Shown: in pieces, positions 32,746 to 43,312 of the stretch
Numbering within the stretch: the stretch's first letter is position 1
Layout of the letters: each line of letters begins with the position of its first letter
Origin: Myxococcota bacterium
GTDB lineage: Bacteria; Myxococcota_A; UBA9160; JAFDDA01
Length of the DNA: 64,000 nt
Assembly (NCBI GenBank): GCA_965228475.1
Contig: OZ245817.1
Location: 3,168,001-3,232,000 of the forward strand
Reading direction: 5' to 3'
Translations under genes and position numbers: made by a program
Notes under the pieces: model-generated
The model's database searches: none
Seen by the model: the letters and a program-made list of their open reading frames with translations, nothing else
What the model was told of the DNA's origin: nothing

Positions 32746-32829
32746 CGTGGGCGGTCTCCGCGGGGGCCACGAGCCTAACACAGGCGATTTCCACAGTGTT
32801 ATCGTGTGCTTCCAACCTGGGAGGGTCCG

Positions 32830-33567
32830 ATGCCGGAACGCCGAGCACTGTCCGCCACGATCTCCGAAATGGTCGCGATCCTCGCCTTGTTGGCGGTGGT
32901 CGTGGGAGCGCTCGCGGGCAGCCAGGAGTGGGTGCCCGGCTTCATCGGCTTCCGCATCTTCGGTGCAGGCATGGTGCTCGGGGGCCTGCTGGCGCTCGTG
33001 TTCGGGCTGATCGGCCTCCTGCGCACGCGGGCCGGCTCGGGCCGTACCGGGCGCGGGCGGGCGGTCTTCGGAACACTGACCGGTGTCGGTCTCGTCGGCC
33101 TCGCCGTCGTGCTCGCCGCACCCGGGCGGAACCTGCCGACGATCAACGACATCACCACCGACCCCGACGACCCGCCGGCGTTCGTCGCCGCCCGGGAACA
33201 CGCGGCCAACCGCGGGCGCGACCTCGGCTACCCCGGCGAGACCTTCGCCGCGCAGCAGCGCCGCGGCTACCCGGACCTCGGCTCCCTCGAGCGCGACGCC
33301 GGCGTGCGCGAGACCTACAACGACGCCCTCGCCGCCATCGACCAGCTCGGCTGGACCCTCGTCGCCCAGGACGCGACGGCCCTGACCATCGAAGCCTACG
33401 AAGAGACGTCCTTCTTCCACTTCGTCGACGACGTCGTGGTCCGCGTGCGGCCGCAGCCCGACGGTTCGGGCTCGATCGTGGACGTGCGCTCGAAGTCGCG
33501 CGACGGCAAGGGCGACCTCGGCGCGAACGCGGATCGCATCCGCAACCTGTTCGCGGCGCTCGAGTAA
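32830..33567 (+). CDS. DUF1499 domain membrane protein
   Basis: 3 TM then INDITTD..PP.F, FVDDVVVRV, VDVRSKSR.GKGDLGANA.RI. Confidence 0.85.
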   Translation: MPERRALSATISEMVAILALLAVVVGALAGSQEWVPGFIGFRIFGAGMVLGGLLALVFGLIGLLRTRAGSGRTGRGRAVFGTLTGVGLVGLAVVLAAPGRNLPTINDITTDPDDPPAFVAAREHAANRGRDLGYPGETFAAQQRRGYPDLGSLERDAGVRETYNDALAAIDQLGWTLVAQDATALTIEAYEETSFFHFVDDVVVRVRPQPDGSGSIVDVRSKSRDGKGDLGANADRIRNLFAALE

Positions 33568-33597
33568 CGGACGCCGGCCGCTCGCCCTTCCCTTCCG

Positions 33598-35244
33598 CTA
33601 GCCCGCAGCGCTCGCGAAGCGCTTCGCCCAGCCGTAGTCGGGCTTCCCGCTCGGGGAGCGCACGATGCGCTCGACTTCGAGGCAGCGCTTCGGGCGCTTG
33701 TAGGCCGCGAGCTGCCGCCCCGCCTCTTCGACGAAGGCCTCGGGCGCGAAGGTGCCCCCGGCCCGCACTTCGACCAGGGCCACGATCTCCTGCCCCCAGC
33801 GCTCGTGGGGCACCCCGACCACCAGGCAGTCCCAGACGTCTTCGTGGGCCTTGAGCGCCTGCTCGACCTCTTCCGCGAAGACCTTCTCGCCGCCGGTGTT
33901 GATGGTGACGGAGTCCCGGCCGAGCAGGACGAGCGTGCCGTCCGGGGCGACGCGCGCGCGGTCGCCCGGGACCGAGAAGCGCTCCCCATCGACCACGGGG
34001 AAGGTCATCGCGGTCTTCTCGGGATCGCCGAGATAGCCGAGGGGCATCCGGCCGCGCCGCGCGAGCCAGCCGGTCTCGGGGCTTCCGGGTGCGAGGAAGC
34101 CCGTCCGGGTATCGTCGAGGACCACGTTGTCCTCGTTCATCGTGAAGTCGCCGGTCGAGGCTTCCTCGGGCCGGGTCGAGGCGCGAACGGCCTGGGTGCC
34201 GCTCTCGGAGGAGCCGAGCACGTCGAGGATGCGGACACCGGGCAGCGCGGCGAGCAGCGCGCGCTTCACGTCGGCCGAGAGCATCGCGCCGCCCGACGAG
34301 ATCTGGCGCAGCGAGGAGAGATCCCGTGCTCCCGCCGAGAGCGCTTCGAGCAGCGGGCGCGCGAAGGCGTCGCCGACGATCGTCATCGCCGCGACGCCTT
34401 CGCGGGCGACGGTGTCCCACACGTCGCCGGGGTCGAAGCGCTCGGGCCGCTCGGGGAAGACGATCGTCCCCCCGACGTTCATCAGCGAGAAGGCCGCCCA
34501 CTGGGCGGCGCCGTGCATGAGCGGCGGCGTCGGGAGGAGCCGCAGCGGCTCCCGCTCCGCGAGCCCCGCGCAGAGCGCTTCGAGAGACGGCGGAACGCGC
34601 CGTGGCGCCATGGCCGTGTGGTAGATGTCGTCCTGCCGCCAGAGCACGCCCTTGGGCATGCCGGTCGTGCCGCCCGTGTAGAGCACGTAGAGGTCGTCGG
34701 GCGAGAGACCGGTCGGCACCTCGGGCGCCGCTCCCGCGAGTGCGCCCTCGTACTCGACCGCGCCCGGCAGAAGCGACTCTCCCGAGCCGTCGTCGACCTG
34801 AAGCCACAGCGCGACCTCCGGAAGCCGCTCGCGCACGCGAGCCAGGGCCGGCGCGAAGCAGCCCTGGTAGACGATCGCCTTCGCTCCGGCGTCGCGGAAC
34901 AGGTAGAGGAGCTCGTCCTCGACGTAGCGCCAGTTGACGTTGAAGGAGGCCGCGCGCGCCTTGAAGGCCCCGAGCATCGCCTCGAGGTACTCGGGCCGGT
35001 TGTGCAGCATCACGGCCACGAGGTCCTGGCCGCTCTCGTGATTCGCGAGCGCCGGCCGCTCCCGGTGGCATCCGAGGCCGGCCCGGCGAAGCACGGCCGC
35101 CACGCGCCGCGTGCGGTCGGTGGTCTCGGCCCACGTCCGGCGGCACCCCGGCGAAACGATGCACTCGCGCTCGGGAATGACCTCGGCGATCGCTTCGTGG
35201 AGGCTCGCGAGGTTGACCTCGAAGCGCGGGGGCGCCGCGCTCAT
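33598..35244 (-). CDS. Acyl-CoA synthetase (AMP-binding, FadD19-like)
   Basis: YTGGTTGMPKGV, GSSE, INTGGEKVFAEEVE. Confidence 0.9.
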   Translation of the reverse strand: MSAAPPRFEVNLASLHEAIAEVIPERECIVSPGCRRTWAETTDRTRRVAAVLRRAGLGCHRERPALANHESGQDLVAVMLHNRPEYLEAMLGAFKARAASFNVNWRYVEDELLYLFRDAGAKAIVYQGCFAPALARVRERLPEVALWLQVDDGSGESLLPGAVEYEGALAGAAPEVPTGLSPDDLYVLYTGGTTGMPKGVLWRQDDIYHTAMAPRRVPPSLEALCAGLAEREPLRLLPTPPLMHGAAQWAAFSLMNVGGTIVFPERPERFDPGDVWDTVAREGVAAMTIVGDAFARPLLEALSAGARDLSSLRQISSGGAMLSADVKRALLAALPGVRILDVLGSSESGTQAVRASTRPEEASTGDFTMNEDNVVLDDTRTGFLAPGSPETGWLARRGRMPLGYLGDPEKTAMTFPVVDGERFSVPGDRARVAPDGTLVLLGRDSVTINTGGEKVFAEEVEQALKAHEDVWDCLVVGVPHERWGQEIVALVEVRAGGTFAPEAFVEEAGRQLAAYKRPKRCLEVERIVRSPSGKPDYGWAKRFASAAG

Positions 35245-36044
35245 CGGCCGGCCAGCCAGCGCGGCCCGAGGCGCCCGAGGTGGACCAGCGAGGCCATGGC
35301 ATCGAGGGCGTCGGCCACCGGCTCACCGGCCAGGCTCCGCCGCCCGAGCGCGAAGCCCCCTTCCTCGGTCTGCTCGTTCGCGATCGCCTCACACAGGTCG
35401 AGAGCGGACAGGCTCGAACCCGGCAGGGCGAGCGCGTCGCACAGGACGAAGATGCGGCTCGTCGTGACCGCGTCGAACTGCTTGGTTCGAAACCCCCGGT
35501 CGAGCTCGCGGCCGCACCACTGCAAGACGCCGTCGGAGAGTTCGGAATCGTTCATCGAGAACCAGAGCGTGAAGGCGGCGATCGGCTCCCAGGATCCCGT
35601 CTTCACGAGTTCCTCGTCCCAGTGGCGCGAAAGGTAGGCATCGATCGCGTGGCCGAAGCGCGGACGGAGCATCAGGGTCTTCGCCAGGTAGCCGCCGAGC
35701 AGGCCGGTGCGCACGAGCCGGGCTTCTTCGGGCTCCCCGGCCGCTCCCCAGCTTCCGTCCTCCCCGAGCTGCTCCGTCAACCGGGCGACCAGGGCTTCGA
35801 CCTCGGGCCCCGACAGCTGGCGCGCGGGGTCGAGCGCTTCGAAGAGCGCGAGCGCCGCGTCGGGCTCGGGCGCGGCGAAGGCGCCGTCCTTCATCGCCTG
35901 GGCGAGAACGTCGCGCCCGGACACCTCGCCGACGAGGGCCTGGGCGCGGAGCCGCTCGAAGGCATTCCCGCGTGCCTCGACGAAGTCGCGCGCGCGCAGC
36001 ACCGCATCCCGCCAGGCCTCTCGGACGTCGACTTCTTCCACCAC
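35241..36044 (-). CDS. Hypothetical protein with QW-like (prenyltransferase/squalene cyclase) repeats
   Basis: QLGEDGSW and QTEEGGF motifs; ATGA overlap with the synthetase; start uncertain. Confidence 0.55.
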   Translation of the reverse strand: MVEEVDVREAWRDAVLRARDFVEARGNAFERLRAQALVGEVSGRDVLAQAMKDGAFAAPEPDAALALFEALDPARQLSGPEVEALVARLTEQLGEDGSWGAAGEPEEARLVRTGLLGGYLAKTLMLRPRFGHAIDAYLSRHWDEELVKTGSWEPIAAFTLWFSMNDSELSDGVLQWCGRELDRGFRTKQFDAVTTSRIFVLCDALALPGSSLSALDLCEAIANEQTEEGGFALGRRSLAGEPVADALDAMASLVHLGRLGPRWLAGR

Positions 36045-36168
36045 GGGCGGGGACCATGCGCCATCGGAGGGGGTCCGTCCACGCCCCGGAGATCTCCTTG
36101 CTGCCCACAGCAACGACACCCCGGCGGACCGGGAGCGCGTTATGGTTCCCGCCCCGACAGGAGACGAG

Positions 36169-38229
36169 ATGTCCACGACGGACGAGACGCCGCCCGCCGA
36201 CCGCCAGACCAACCGCCTCGGCGAGGAAACCAGCGCCTATCTGCGCCAGCACATGCACAACCCCGTGGATTGGTACCCCTGGGGCAGCGAAGCCCTCGAG
36301 GCGGCGAGCCGCGACGACAAACCGATCCTCGTCTCGATCGGCTACAGCGCCTGCCATTGGTGTCACGTGATGGAGCGCGAATCCTTCGAAGACGAAGCCA
36401 CCGCGGCGCTGATGAACGAGCTCTTCGTGAACGTGAAGGTCGACCGCGAGGAGCGGCCGGACGTCGACCAGATCTACATGGACACGGTGGTCCGCCTGAC
36501 CGGCCACGGGGGCTGGCCGCTCACGGTCTTCTGCACCCCCGACGGCCGCCCCTTCTACGGCGGGACCTACTTCCCGCCCGAACCGCGCCAGGGCATGCCG
36601 GCCTTCCGCCAGGTCCTGGCGAGCGTGGCCGACGCCTACCGGAACCAACCCGAGGCCGTTCGCGACACGACGCTCCAGATCCTCGCCGCGCTCCGCGCGG
36701 AGCCTCGCGGCGAGGGCCGCGGCACGCCCGGCAGCGAAACCGTGAAGCAGGCCGCCGCCGAGATCCTGAAGAGTGCCGACGAGCGCTTCGGCGGCTTCGG
36801 CGGAGGGCCGAAGTTCCCGACGCCGACCAACCTCGACCTCCTGCTCGCCGCCCTCGACGTCCTCGAGGGCCCCGCGCGCGAGACGGCCGAAGGACACGTC
36901 GTACGAACCTGCCACGAGATGGCGCACCGCGGCCTCTACGACCACCTGGGCGGCGGCTTCCATCGCTACTGCGTCGATGGCCGCTGGGACATCCCCCACT
37001 TCGAGAAGATGCTCTACGACCAGGGCCAGCTCCTCCGCACCTACGCCGAGACCTGGCGGCGGACCGGCTGCCGCGACGAAAACCTCGTGTGGCCGATCCT
37101 CGAGACCGCCGGGTACCTGCGCCGCGAGATGACCGGGAGCGAGGGCGGGTTCTACGCGAGCCAGGACGCCGACAGCGAGGGCGTCGAGGGGAAGTTCTAC
37201 GTCTGGACGCCCGCGGAGGTCGAGGCGGTGCTCGGAGCGGAGCAGGCCGAGGCGTTCTGCACGATCTACGGCGTCTCGGACCTCGGCAACTTCGAACACG
37301 GAACGACCCACCTGGCCGACCACCGGCGCCCGGGCCGCGGGCAGATGGCCGCCGAGCGCGAGGCCCTGCGCATCGCGCGCGAGAAGCGCATCGCCCCGGC
37401 GACCGACACCAAGCGCGTCGCCTCCTGGAACGGCTACGCGATCTCCGGCCTCGCCCGAGCCGGCAGCCTGCTCGGGGAGGCGGCGTTGATCGAAGACGCG
37501 AAGAACGCGGCGGACTTCGTCCTCACCCGCATGCGCGACCCGGAAGGCCGCCTGCTCCGCATCTTCGACGGCGGGCGCGGCCACGTGCTCGCCTTCCTCG
37601 ACGACGTCGCGGCGATGCTCGAAGCCTGCCTCGACCTCCACCGCGCCGGCGCCGGCGACGCCTACCTCGAGGCAGGCCTCGAACTCGCGCGCGACGTATG
37701 CGAACGCTTCTACGACCCCCAGGAAGAGGATCTCTTCCTCGCGCCGATCGACGGCGAGCGGCTCATCCATCGCCCGCGCTCGGACCACGACGGGGCGACG
37801 CCGCACGCCGCCGGGCTCGCCGTCCTCGGCCTCCTCCGCGCGGCGGCGCTCTCGGGACGGCCGGAGCCGAGGCGCATCGCCGAGACCGTGATCACGGGCC
37901 ACGGGCGCATCCTCGACCGCGCACCGCACGCCTTCCCGACCCTGGCCCGAGCCGCCCTCGTCGCGGAGCGCGGCCTCTCGGCGGCGGTGATCATCGGGGC
38001 CGCGGACCACCCCGACACGCGAAGCCTGGCCGAAGCGGCGCACCGGACGCTGCGGCCCGAGGATGCGGTCCTCGTCGCCGAACCCGGCGCCGCATGGTCC
38101 GAAGCCATCGACCCGCTCTGGATCCAAGGGCGCGGCGCCGTCGACGGCCGGCCCACCGCCTTCGTCTGCCACGGCAGCGAGTGCTCCCTCCCCGCCCACG
38201 ACGCCGCGAGCGTGCGGGAGCTCGGCTAG
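36169..38229 (+). CDS. YyaL/SPATA20-like thioredoxin-domain protein (DUF255)
   Basis: NRL...[40 protein letters not shown]. Confidence 0.93.
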   Translation: MSTTDETPPADRQTNRLGEETSAYLRQHMHNPVDWYPWGSEALEAASRDDKPILVSIGYSACHWCHVMERESFEDEATAALMNELFVNVKVDREERPDVDQIYMDTVVRLTGHGGWPLTVFCTPDGRPFYGGTYFPPEPRQGMPAFRQVLASVADAYRNQPEAVRDTTLQILAALRAEPRGEGRGTPGSETVKQAAAEILKSADERFGGFGGGPKFPTPTNLDLLLAALDVLEGPARETAEGHVVRTCHEMAHRGLYDHLGGGFHRYCVDGRWDIPHFEKMLYDQGQLLRTYAETWRRTGCRDENLVWPILETAGYLRREMTGSEGGFYASQDADSEGVEGKFYVWTPAEVEAVLGAEQAEAFCTIYGVSDLGNFEHGTTHLADHRRPGRGQMAAEREALRIAREKRIAPATDTKRVASWNGYAISGLARAGSLLGEAALIEDAKNAADFVLTRMRDPEGRLLRIFDGGRGHVLAFLDDVAAMLEACLDLHRAGAGDAYLEAGLELARDVCERFYDPQEEDLFLAPIDGERLIHRPRSDHDGATPHAAGLAVLGLLRAAALSGRPEPRRIAETVITGHGRILDRAPHAFPTLARAALVAERGLSAAVIIGAADHPDTRSLAEAAHRTLRPEDAVLVAEPGAAWSEAIDPLWIQGRGAVDGRPTAFVCHGSECSLPAHDAASVRELG

Positions 38230-38294
38230 CGCACTCACCGGGGACTCCGCCCGTACCGCTTTGCTACGGTGCGCCGCCCGAGGAAAGGAGCCCC

Positions 38295-39344
38295 ATGCCC
38301 AAGGCCCGCGACGAGAGCCTCTACGGAACCGGCCACGACGACGGCCTCGAGGCCCTCGCCCCGCTCGATCTTTCCCGCGCCGGCTCGGTGAACGACCTCG
38401 TCACGGCCATGGCCCAGACGGCCTTCGGCGGCCGACGGCTCGGCGAAGCCGCGGACGTGCTCGAAGCCATGGTCCGCGACCCCGACTGCTACAAGGTCGT
38501 CACGATCTCCGGCGCGATGACCATCGCCAAGCAGGGGCTCGTGCTCTGCGAGATGATCGATCGCGGCTGGGTCGACGCCATCGTGAGCACCGGGGCGCTC
38601 ATGACCCACGGCTTCGTCGAGGGCGCGGGCATGCAGCACTTCAAGCATCGCCCGACGATGAAGGACGAGGACCTCTACGAGCGCGGCTACAACCGCGTCT
38701 ACGACACCATCGAGCTCGAGAAGAACCTCGACGACGCCGAGCTCCTGCTGGAGCAGGCCCTTGCCGACCTCGACCCGGGCACAACGCTCTCGAGCCGGCT
38801 CCTGTTCGAGGCCCTCGGCGCTCACCTGGCGGAATCCGTGCCGGGCCGCGCGATCCTGAAGTCCGCCCACGCTCGCGGCGTCCCGATCTACGTCCCCGCC
38901 TTCACGGACTCCGAGCTCGGCCTCGACCTCGCCATCTACAACAAGACCCGCGCGGCGAAGGAGGGCCGGGAGCCCTTCAGCTTCGATCCGTTCCTCGACC
39001 TCGACCACTACGCGGCGAACATCCGCGAGCACGAGACGCTCGGCATCTTCACGATCGGCGGCGGCGTCCCGCGGAACTGGGCCCAGCAGGTCGGCCCCTA
39101 CCTCGAGATCCTGCGCGTGCGGCTCGGTCTCGACGAGCCGGTCCGGCGCTTCCGCTACGCCATGCGCATCTGCCCGGAGCCCGAACACTGGGGCGGGCTC
39201 TCGGGCTGCAGCTACACCGAGGGCGTGTCGTGGGGGAAGTTCGTCCCGGAGGCCGAAGGCGGAAAGCACTGCGAGGTCTTCGCCGACGCCACGATTGCCT
39301 GGCCGCTCGTGGTGCGCGCCGTGATGGAACGCCTCGACGCCTAG
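38295..39344 (+). CDS. Deoxyhypusine synthase family protein (probably homospermidine synthesis)
   Basis: STGA, NRVYD, PAFTDSELG, GGGVPRNW, GGLSGC..EGVSWGK. Confidence 0.9.
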   Translation: MPKARDESLYGTGHDDGLEALAPLDLSRAGSVNDLVTAMAQTAFGGRRLGEAADVLEAMVRDPDCYKVVTISGAMTIAKQGLVLCEMIDRGWVDAIVSTGALMTHGFVEGAGMQHFKHRPTMKDEDLYERGYNRVYDTIELEKNLDDAELLLEQALADLDPGTTLSSRLLFEALGAHLAESVPGRAILKSAHARGVPIYVPAFTDSELGLDLAIYNKTRAAKEGREPFSFDPFLDLDHYAANIREHETLGIFTIGGGVPRNWAQQVGPYLEILRVRLGLDEPVRRFRYAMRICPEPEHWGGLSGCSYTEGVSWGKFVPEAEGGKHCEVFADATIAWPLVVRAVMERLDA

Positions 39345-39360
39345 TCGATTCGCGGGCGCC

Positions 39361-39963
39361 TCAGCCGTCGATCTCCCGGGGAGCGCCGTAGACCCGGCCG
39401 TCGTGTTCGAGGACGAACCCCGCGGCGTTGCGCGGAACCTCGGGCTCGCTCGTGAGGTCGCGCGCGGCCCAGCCGCGCAGGGCCGCCATCACGCCCCCGT
39501 GACTCACGACGACGACGGTCTCGCCCGCGTGGCGGCGGGCCACGGCGTCGAGCGCCGGGCCGGCCCGCTCGGCCACTTCGAGCAGCGTCTCGCCCCCGGG
39601 CGGGCGGCGCTCCCAGCGCGTGCCCTCCGAGCCGGTTCCCGAGCCGGCCTCCGCGGTTCCCGCGAAGGAGGCGTAGGGCTTGCCGTGAAGGCTCCCGAAG
39701 AACTGTTCGCGGAGGTCCTCGACGATCTCGGGCTCGAGGCCGAGGAATCCCCCGATCAGCCGTGCCGTATCGACGGCGCGCTGGAACGGGCTCGCGTAGA
39801 GCGCGACGGGGGAATGGTGCGCGGCCACGAGCTGGCCCGCAGCCCGCGCCTCCTGGCGGCCGAGTTCCGTGAGCGGCTCCTCGGGGCCGTGGGTGAAGCG
39901 GCGCTCGGCGTTGCCGAGGCTCTGCCCGTGGCGGATCAAGACGAGTCGCGCAGCCTGGCCCAT
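39361..39963 (-). CDS. Histidine phosphatase (phosphoglycerate mutase family)
   Basis: LIRHGQS, SPFQRA, LRE, VSHGG. Confidence 0.9.
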   Translation of the reverse strand: MGQAARLVLIRHGQSLGNAERRFTHGPEEPLTELGRQEARAAGQLVAAHHSPVALYASPFQRAVDTARLIGGFLGLEPEIVEDLREQFFGSLHGKPYASFAGTAEAGSGTGSEGTRWERRPPGGETLLEVAERAGPALDAVARRHAGETVVVVSHGGVMAALRGWAARDLTSEPEVPRNAAGFVLEHDGRVYGAPREIDG

Positions 39964-40045
39964 GGGGCGGCGAGCGTCGCACGGCAGCGTCGGGATCGCC
40001 AACCTCCGGCAGGGGTGCGCTGCCGCCGTGGTACGCTCGCCGGCC

Positions 40046-41086
40046 ATGACGCCCTCCACCATGCAGGCCGCCGTCTCGAAAGGGCCGCGGCGGATCGAAG
40101 TCGACACCGTTGCGCTTCCCGAGCCCGAACCCGGAGACGCGCGCATCCGCATCGAGGCCTGCGGCATCTGCGGGAGCGACCTGCACCTGTTCGGCGTCGG
40201 CGGGCTCGCGCCGGGCCTGATCCCCGGCCACGAGTTCATGGGCGTGGTCGACGCCGTGGGCGAGGGCGTCGCGAACGTCGCTCCCGGCGAACGCGTGGTG
40301 GTCGAGCCGTTCCGAACCTGCGGGACCTGCCGCCCGTGCCGGAGCGGACAGAGCGCGATCTGCCGGGACGCGCGGCTCCTCGGCGTACACGCGCCGGGAG
40401 GCATGGCCGGCTTCACGACGGCGCCCGCGGGCCGCCTCTTCCCGATTGCGGCATCGGTGCCGGCGCCGGTCGCCGCCCTCGCCGAACCGCTCTCCGTCTC
40501 ACTTCACGGCATCCGCCGCGCCGGCTTCGAACCGGGGCAGCGCGTGCTCGTGCTCGGCGCCGGGGTGGTCGGCCTGTTGACGGCTTTCGCCGCGCGGGCG
40601 CTCGGAGCCGGCGAGATCCTCGTGAGCGCCCGGCACCCGCACCAGGCGGAGCGCGCGGAGGCGCTCGGCGCGGACCGCATCCTCTCGGAAGCGGAGGCCG
40701 AGCCGGGCGCCCTCGATGCCCTCGGCCGCGAGCGCGACATCGACGTCGTGATCGAGACGGTCGGCGGCACCGCCGACACGCTGAATGCCGCGGCCGCGGC
40801 CATCCGGCCCGGCGGTGCGATCAGCGTGGTCGGCGTCTTCATGGGCCCGGTGACCCTGAACACGATCCCGCTCCTCCTGAAGGAGAACACGCTGGCCTGG
40901 TCGTACTGCTACGAGCACGGGGAACACGGCGCCGACTTCGCGGACGCCGTGCGGCTCCTCACCGAAGGCACCGGGGCCGCGCGCGAGATCGTCACCCATG
41001 AAGTGCCGCTCGCCGAAGCGCCCCGCGCCTTCGAGCTCGCCGCGGACCGCCAGGCGGGCGCGCTCAAGGTGAGCCTGCAGCCCTAG
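40046..41086 (+). CDS. Zinc-dependent alcohol dehydrogenase (MDR family)
   Basis: CGICGSD, GHEF.G, CGTCRPC...C, LGAGVVG. Confidence 0.92.
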   Translation: MTPSTMQAAVSKGPRRIEVDTVALPEPEPGDARIRIEACGICGSDLHLFGVGGLAPGLIPGHEFMGVVDAVGEGVANVAPGERVVVEPFRTCGTCRPCRSGQSAICRDARLLGVHAPGGMAGFTTAPAGRLFPIAASVPAPVAALAEPLSVSLHGIRRAGFEPGQRVLVLGAGVVGLLTAFAARALGAGEILVSARHPHQAERAEALGADRILSEAEAEPGALDALGRERDIDVVIETVGGTADTLNAAAAAIRPGGAISVVGVFMGPVTLNTIPLLLKENTLAWSYCYEHGEHGADFADAVRLLTEGTGAAREIVTHEVPLAEAPRAFELAADRQAGALKVSLQP

Positions 41087-41103
41087 GCCGGCCTGCGAAC
41101 GCT

Positions 41104-41757
41104 TCAGGCGCCGCGCAGGGCCTTGTAGAGCGGCGCGAACTTCCGGCGCGTCTCGTCCGGGAGCGGCACGACCTCCCCGAGCGCCTGAGCGCCCCACACG
41201 ATCTTGGCCGTACGCTCCACCAGGGAGGCGACCTTCAAGGCCTGCTCCGGATCCTTGCCGACGGTCAGGAGGCCGTGGTTGGCCATCAGCACGGCCCCGC
41301 GCTCACCGACGTGGCGTGCGACCTCTTCGCCGAGGGCGTCCGAACCCGTGAGCCGGTAGTCCGCGACCGGCACCTCGCCCCCGACGTAGATGTCGAACTC
41401 CTCGATCACGCACGGAATCGGCTGGTGGGTGATCGCGAACATGCTGGCGAACATGGCGTGGCAGTGGATCACCGCATGGACGTCGGCGTGGTCGCGGAGG
41501 CAACACAGATGGAGCGCCTTCTCGCTCGTCGGCGCGCGCTCCCCTTCCAGCACGTTGCCCTCGAGGTCCGTCACGACGAGGTCCGAGACGGTCATGGTCT
41601 CGTAGGCGAGGGAGGACGGCGTCATCGCGACGTTGCCGTCGGGCAGGCGCACCGAGAGATTCCCCGCCGTGGCCTCGGTGAGATCACAGCGCAGGAGTTC
41701 GCGGGCGGTCTCGAGGAGACGCTCCTTCAGATCCTGCCCTTCCGAACCCTCGGACAC
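41104..41757 (-). CDS. Class II aldolase/adducin family protein (fuculose-phosphate aldolase-like)
   Basis: GNLSVR, PTSEKALH, VIHCH, LMANHG. Confidence 0.9.
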   Translation of the reverse strand: MSEGSEGQDLKERLLETARELLRCDLTEATAGNLSVRLPDGNVAMTPSSLAYETMTVSDLVVTDLEGNVLEGERAPTSEKALHLCCLRDHADVHAVIHCHAMFASMFAITHQPIPCVIEEFDIYVGGEVPVADYRLTGSDALGEEVARHVGERGAVLMANHGLLTVGKDPEQALKVASLVERTAKIVWGAQALGEVVPLPDETRRKFAPLYKALRGA

Positions 41758-41760
41758 GGC

Positions 41761-42027
41761 CTAGACCCTGACCCGCGTCACGGCTTCGTGCAGGGCCTCG
41801 AGCGAAGGAAGGAAGGCCTCGGACAGCGGCCCCTCGTCGCGCACGGCGAGTTCGAGCTCGATCACGATGGGGCGGGCGTCGTCCGGATCGCGCACGCGGC
41901 GCAGCTGGCGAAGCGTGCGTTCGACGCGCGCGTAGAACTCCTCCGAAGGAACGGTCCCCGGATGTTCCGCCCGCCACTCGCGAAGTTCGCCGAGACAGCG
42001 GGTGAGCACGTGCTGAAGCGGATCCAC
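41761..42027 (-). CDS. Small hypothetical protein
   Basis: GC3-biased ORF 3 nt upstream of the aldolase; TAGTGT 8 nt before the GTG. Confidence 0.55.
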   Translation of the reverse strand: MDPLQHVLTRCLGELREWRAEHPGTVPSEEFYARVERTLRQLRRVRDPDDARPIVIELELAVRDEGPLSEAFLPSLEALHEAVTRVRV

Positions 42028-42088
42028 GGTGCGAGACACTACCACGCCGAGCCAGGTCCAACGGTCCGGGACACCACCACGCCCGGCC
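42026..42088. repeat. Imperfect 28-bp tandem duplication (period 35) in a divergent promoter region
   Basis: ACGGTGCGAGACACTACCACGCCGAGCC vs ACGGTCCGGGACACCACCACGCCCGGCC (23/28). Confidence 0.6.
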
Positions 42089-42104
42089 TGCTAGGTTCCC
42101 GCGC

Positions 42105-42626
42105 GTGGAACGGCTCCTTCGTGCTTTGGACTTCGCTGCGCAGCGCCACGTCGACCAGCGCCGGAAAGGCTCCCGGGCCGAACCCTACGTGAACCACCTG
42201 ATCGAGGTGGCCTGTCTGCTCGTCACCCACGCCCGCTGCCAGGACGACGACCTGCTCGTCGCCGCCGTGCTTCACGACGTGGTCGAAGACACGGAGACGA
42301 CCCTCGAGGAGGTCGAGGAGGCCTTCGGGGCCGTCGTCCGAGAGCTCGTCGACGCCGTCTCGGACGACAAGTCGCTCCCCAAGGCCGAACGCAAGCGCCT
42401 CCAGATCGAACACGTACGCAGCGCGCCGGAGCCCGTGCGCCTGCTGAAGCTCGCCGACCACACGAGCAACGTCGGCGGCCTCCCGGACGCCTGGTCGACG
42501 AAGACCCAGCGCAGTTTTCTCGAATGGTCCGAGCAGGTGATCGCCTCCTGCCGCGGCCTCGCCCCGGAACTGGAAGCCGAGTACGGTGCGCGAAGGGCGG
42601 CCGCCCTCGCCAAGCTCTCGGAATGA
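42105..42626 (+). CDS. HD-domain small alarmone hydrolase (Mesh1/SpoT-HD-like)
   Basis: H..Q.RK...EPY.NH, LHDVVEDT, VSDDK, KLADH..N. Confidence 0.88.
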   Translation: MERLLRALDFAAQRHVDQRRKGSRAEPYVNHLIEVACLLVTHARCQDDDLLVAAVLHDVVEDTETTLEEVEEAFGAVVRELVDAVSDDKSLPKAERKRLQIEHVRSAPEPVRLLKLADHTSNVGGLPDAWSTKTQRSFLEWSEQVIASCRGLAPELEAEYGARRAAALAKLSE

Positions 42627-42637
42627 AGGAGACGTCC

Positions 42638-43294
42638 ATGTCGCAGCGCGCCTCGAGACTCGTCACGCCGATCGCCCTGGCGGGGCTCCTCCTGCTCTCG
42701 GGCTGCACGACCGCCTACTACGGCGTGATGGAGCAGTTCGGCCAGGAGAAGCGCCACATCCTGGCGGACCGCGTCGAGGCCAGCCGCTCGGAGCAAGGCG
42801 AAGCCCAGGAGGAGTTCCAGGACGCCTACGACCAGTTCAAGTCCGTCACCGGCTACGACGGCGGCGACGTCGAGGCCGTGTATCGCGACCTCGCTGCGGC
42901 CCTCGAGCGCTCCGAGAACAAGGCCCAACGCGTGAGCCAGCGCATCGATTCGGTTGAAGAGGTGGCCCAGGACCTCTTCGCCGAGTGGCGCGGGGAGATC
43001 GAACAGATCAGCAATCCGGAGCTTCGCCGCAGCAGCTCCCGCAGCCTCCAGGCGACCGAGGTCCGCTACGAAGCGCTGCTGCGGGCGATGCAGCGCGCCG
43101 AGGCGCGCATGGAACCCGTGCTCGTCGCCTTCCGCGACCAGGTCCTCTTCCTGAAGCACAACCTGAACGCGCGGGCGATCGCTTCGCTCGAGGGGACGGT
43201 GCTCTCCATCGAGGGCGACGTGCAGACGCTCCTGAACGATCTCGGCCAGGCGATCCAGGAGGCGGACCGCTTCCTTCGGACGCTCGAGGGCTGA
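42638..43294 (+). CDS. DUF2959 family lipoprotein
   Basis: Lipobox LLSGC; YY..ME.FG.EKR.IL..RV; LFLKHNLNARAI. Confidence 0.88.
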   Translation: MSQRASRLVTPIALAGLLLLSGCTTAYYGVMEQFGQEKRHILADRVEASRSEQGEAQEEFQDAYDQFKSVTGYDGGDVEAVYRDLAAALERSENKAQRVSQRIDSVEEVAQDLFAEWRGEIEQISNPELRRSSSRSLQATEVRYEALLRAMQRAEARMEPVLVAFRDQVLFLKHNLNARAIASLEGTVLSIEGDVQTLLNDLGQAIQEADRFLRTLEG

Positions 43295-43312
43295 ACCCGA
43301 ACGCCGCCGGCC

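Noticed and set aside
32776..32801. TAACAC-N14-GTGTTA palindrome as an operator
   Set aside because: Explained by two back-to-back extended -10 elements (TGnTAGGCT and TGnTATCGT) of divergent genes.
26442..39344. Functional link between the atypical tRNA-Pro and the deoxyhypusine synthase-like gene (polyproline translation system)
   Set aside because: They are 12 kb apart with unrelated genes between, no efp is nearby, and bacterial homologues usually act in polyamine synthesis.
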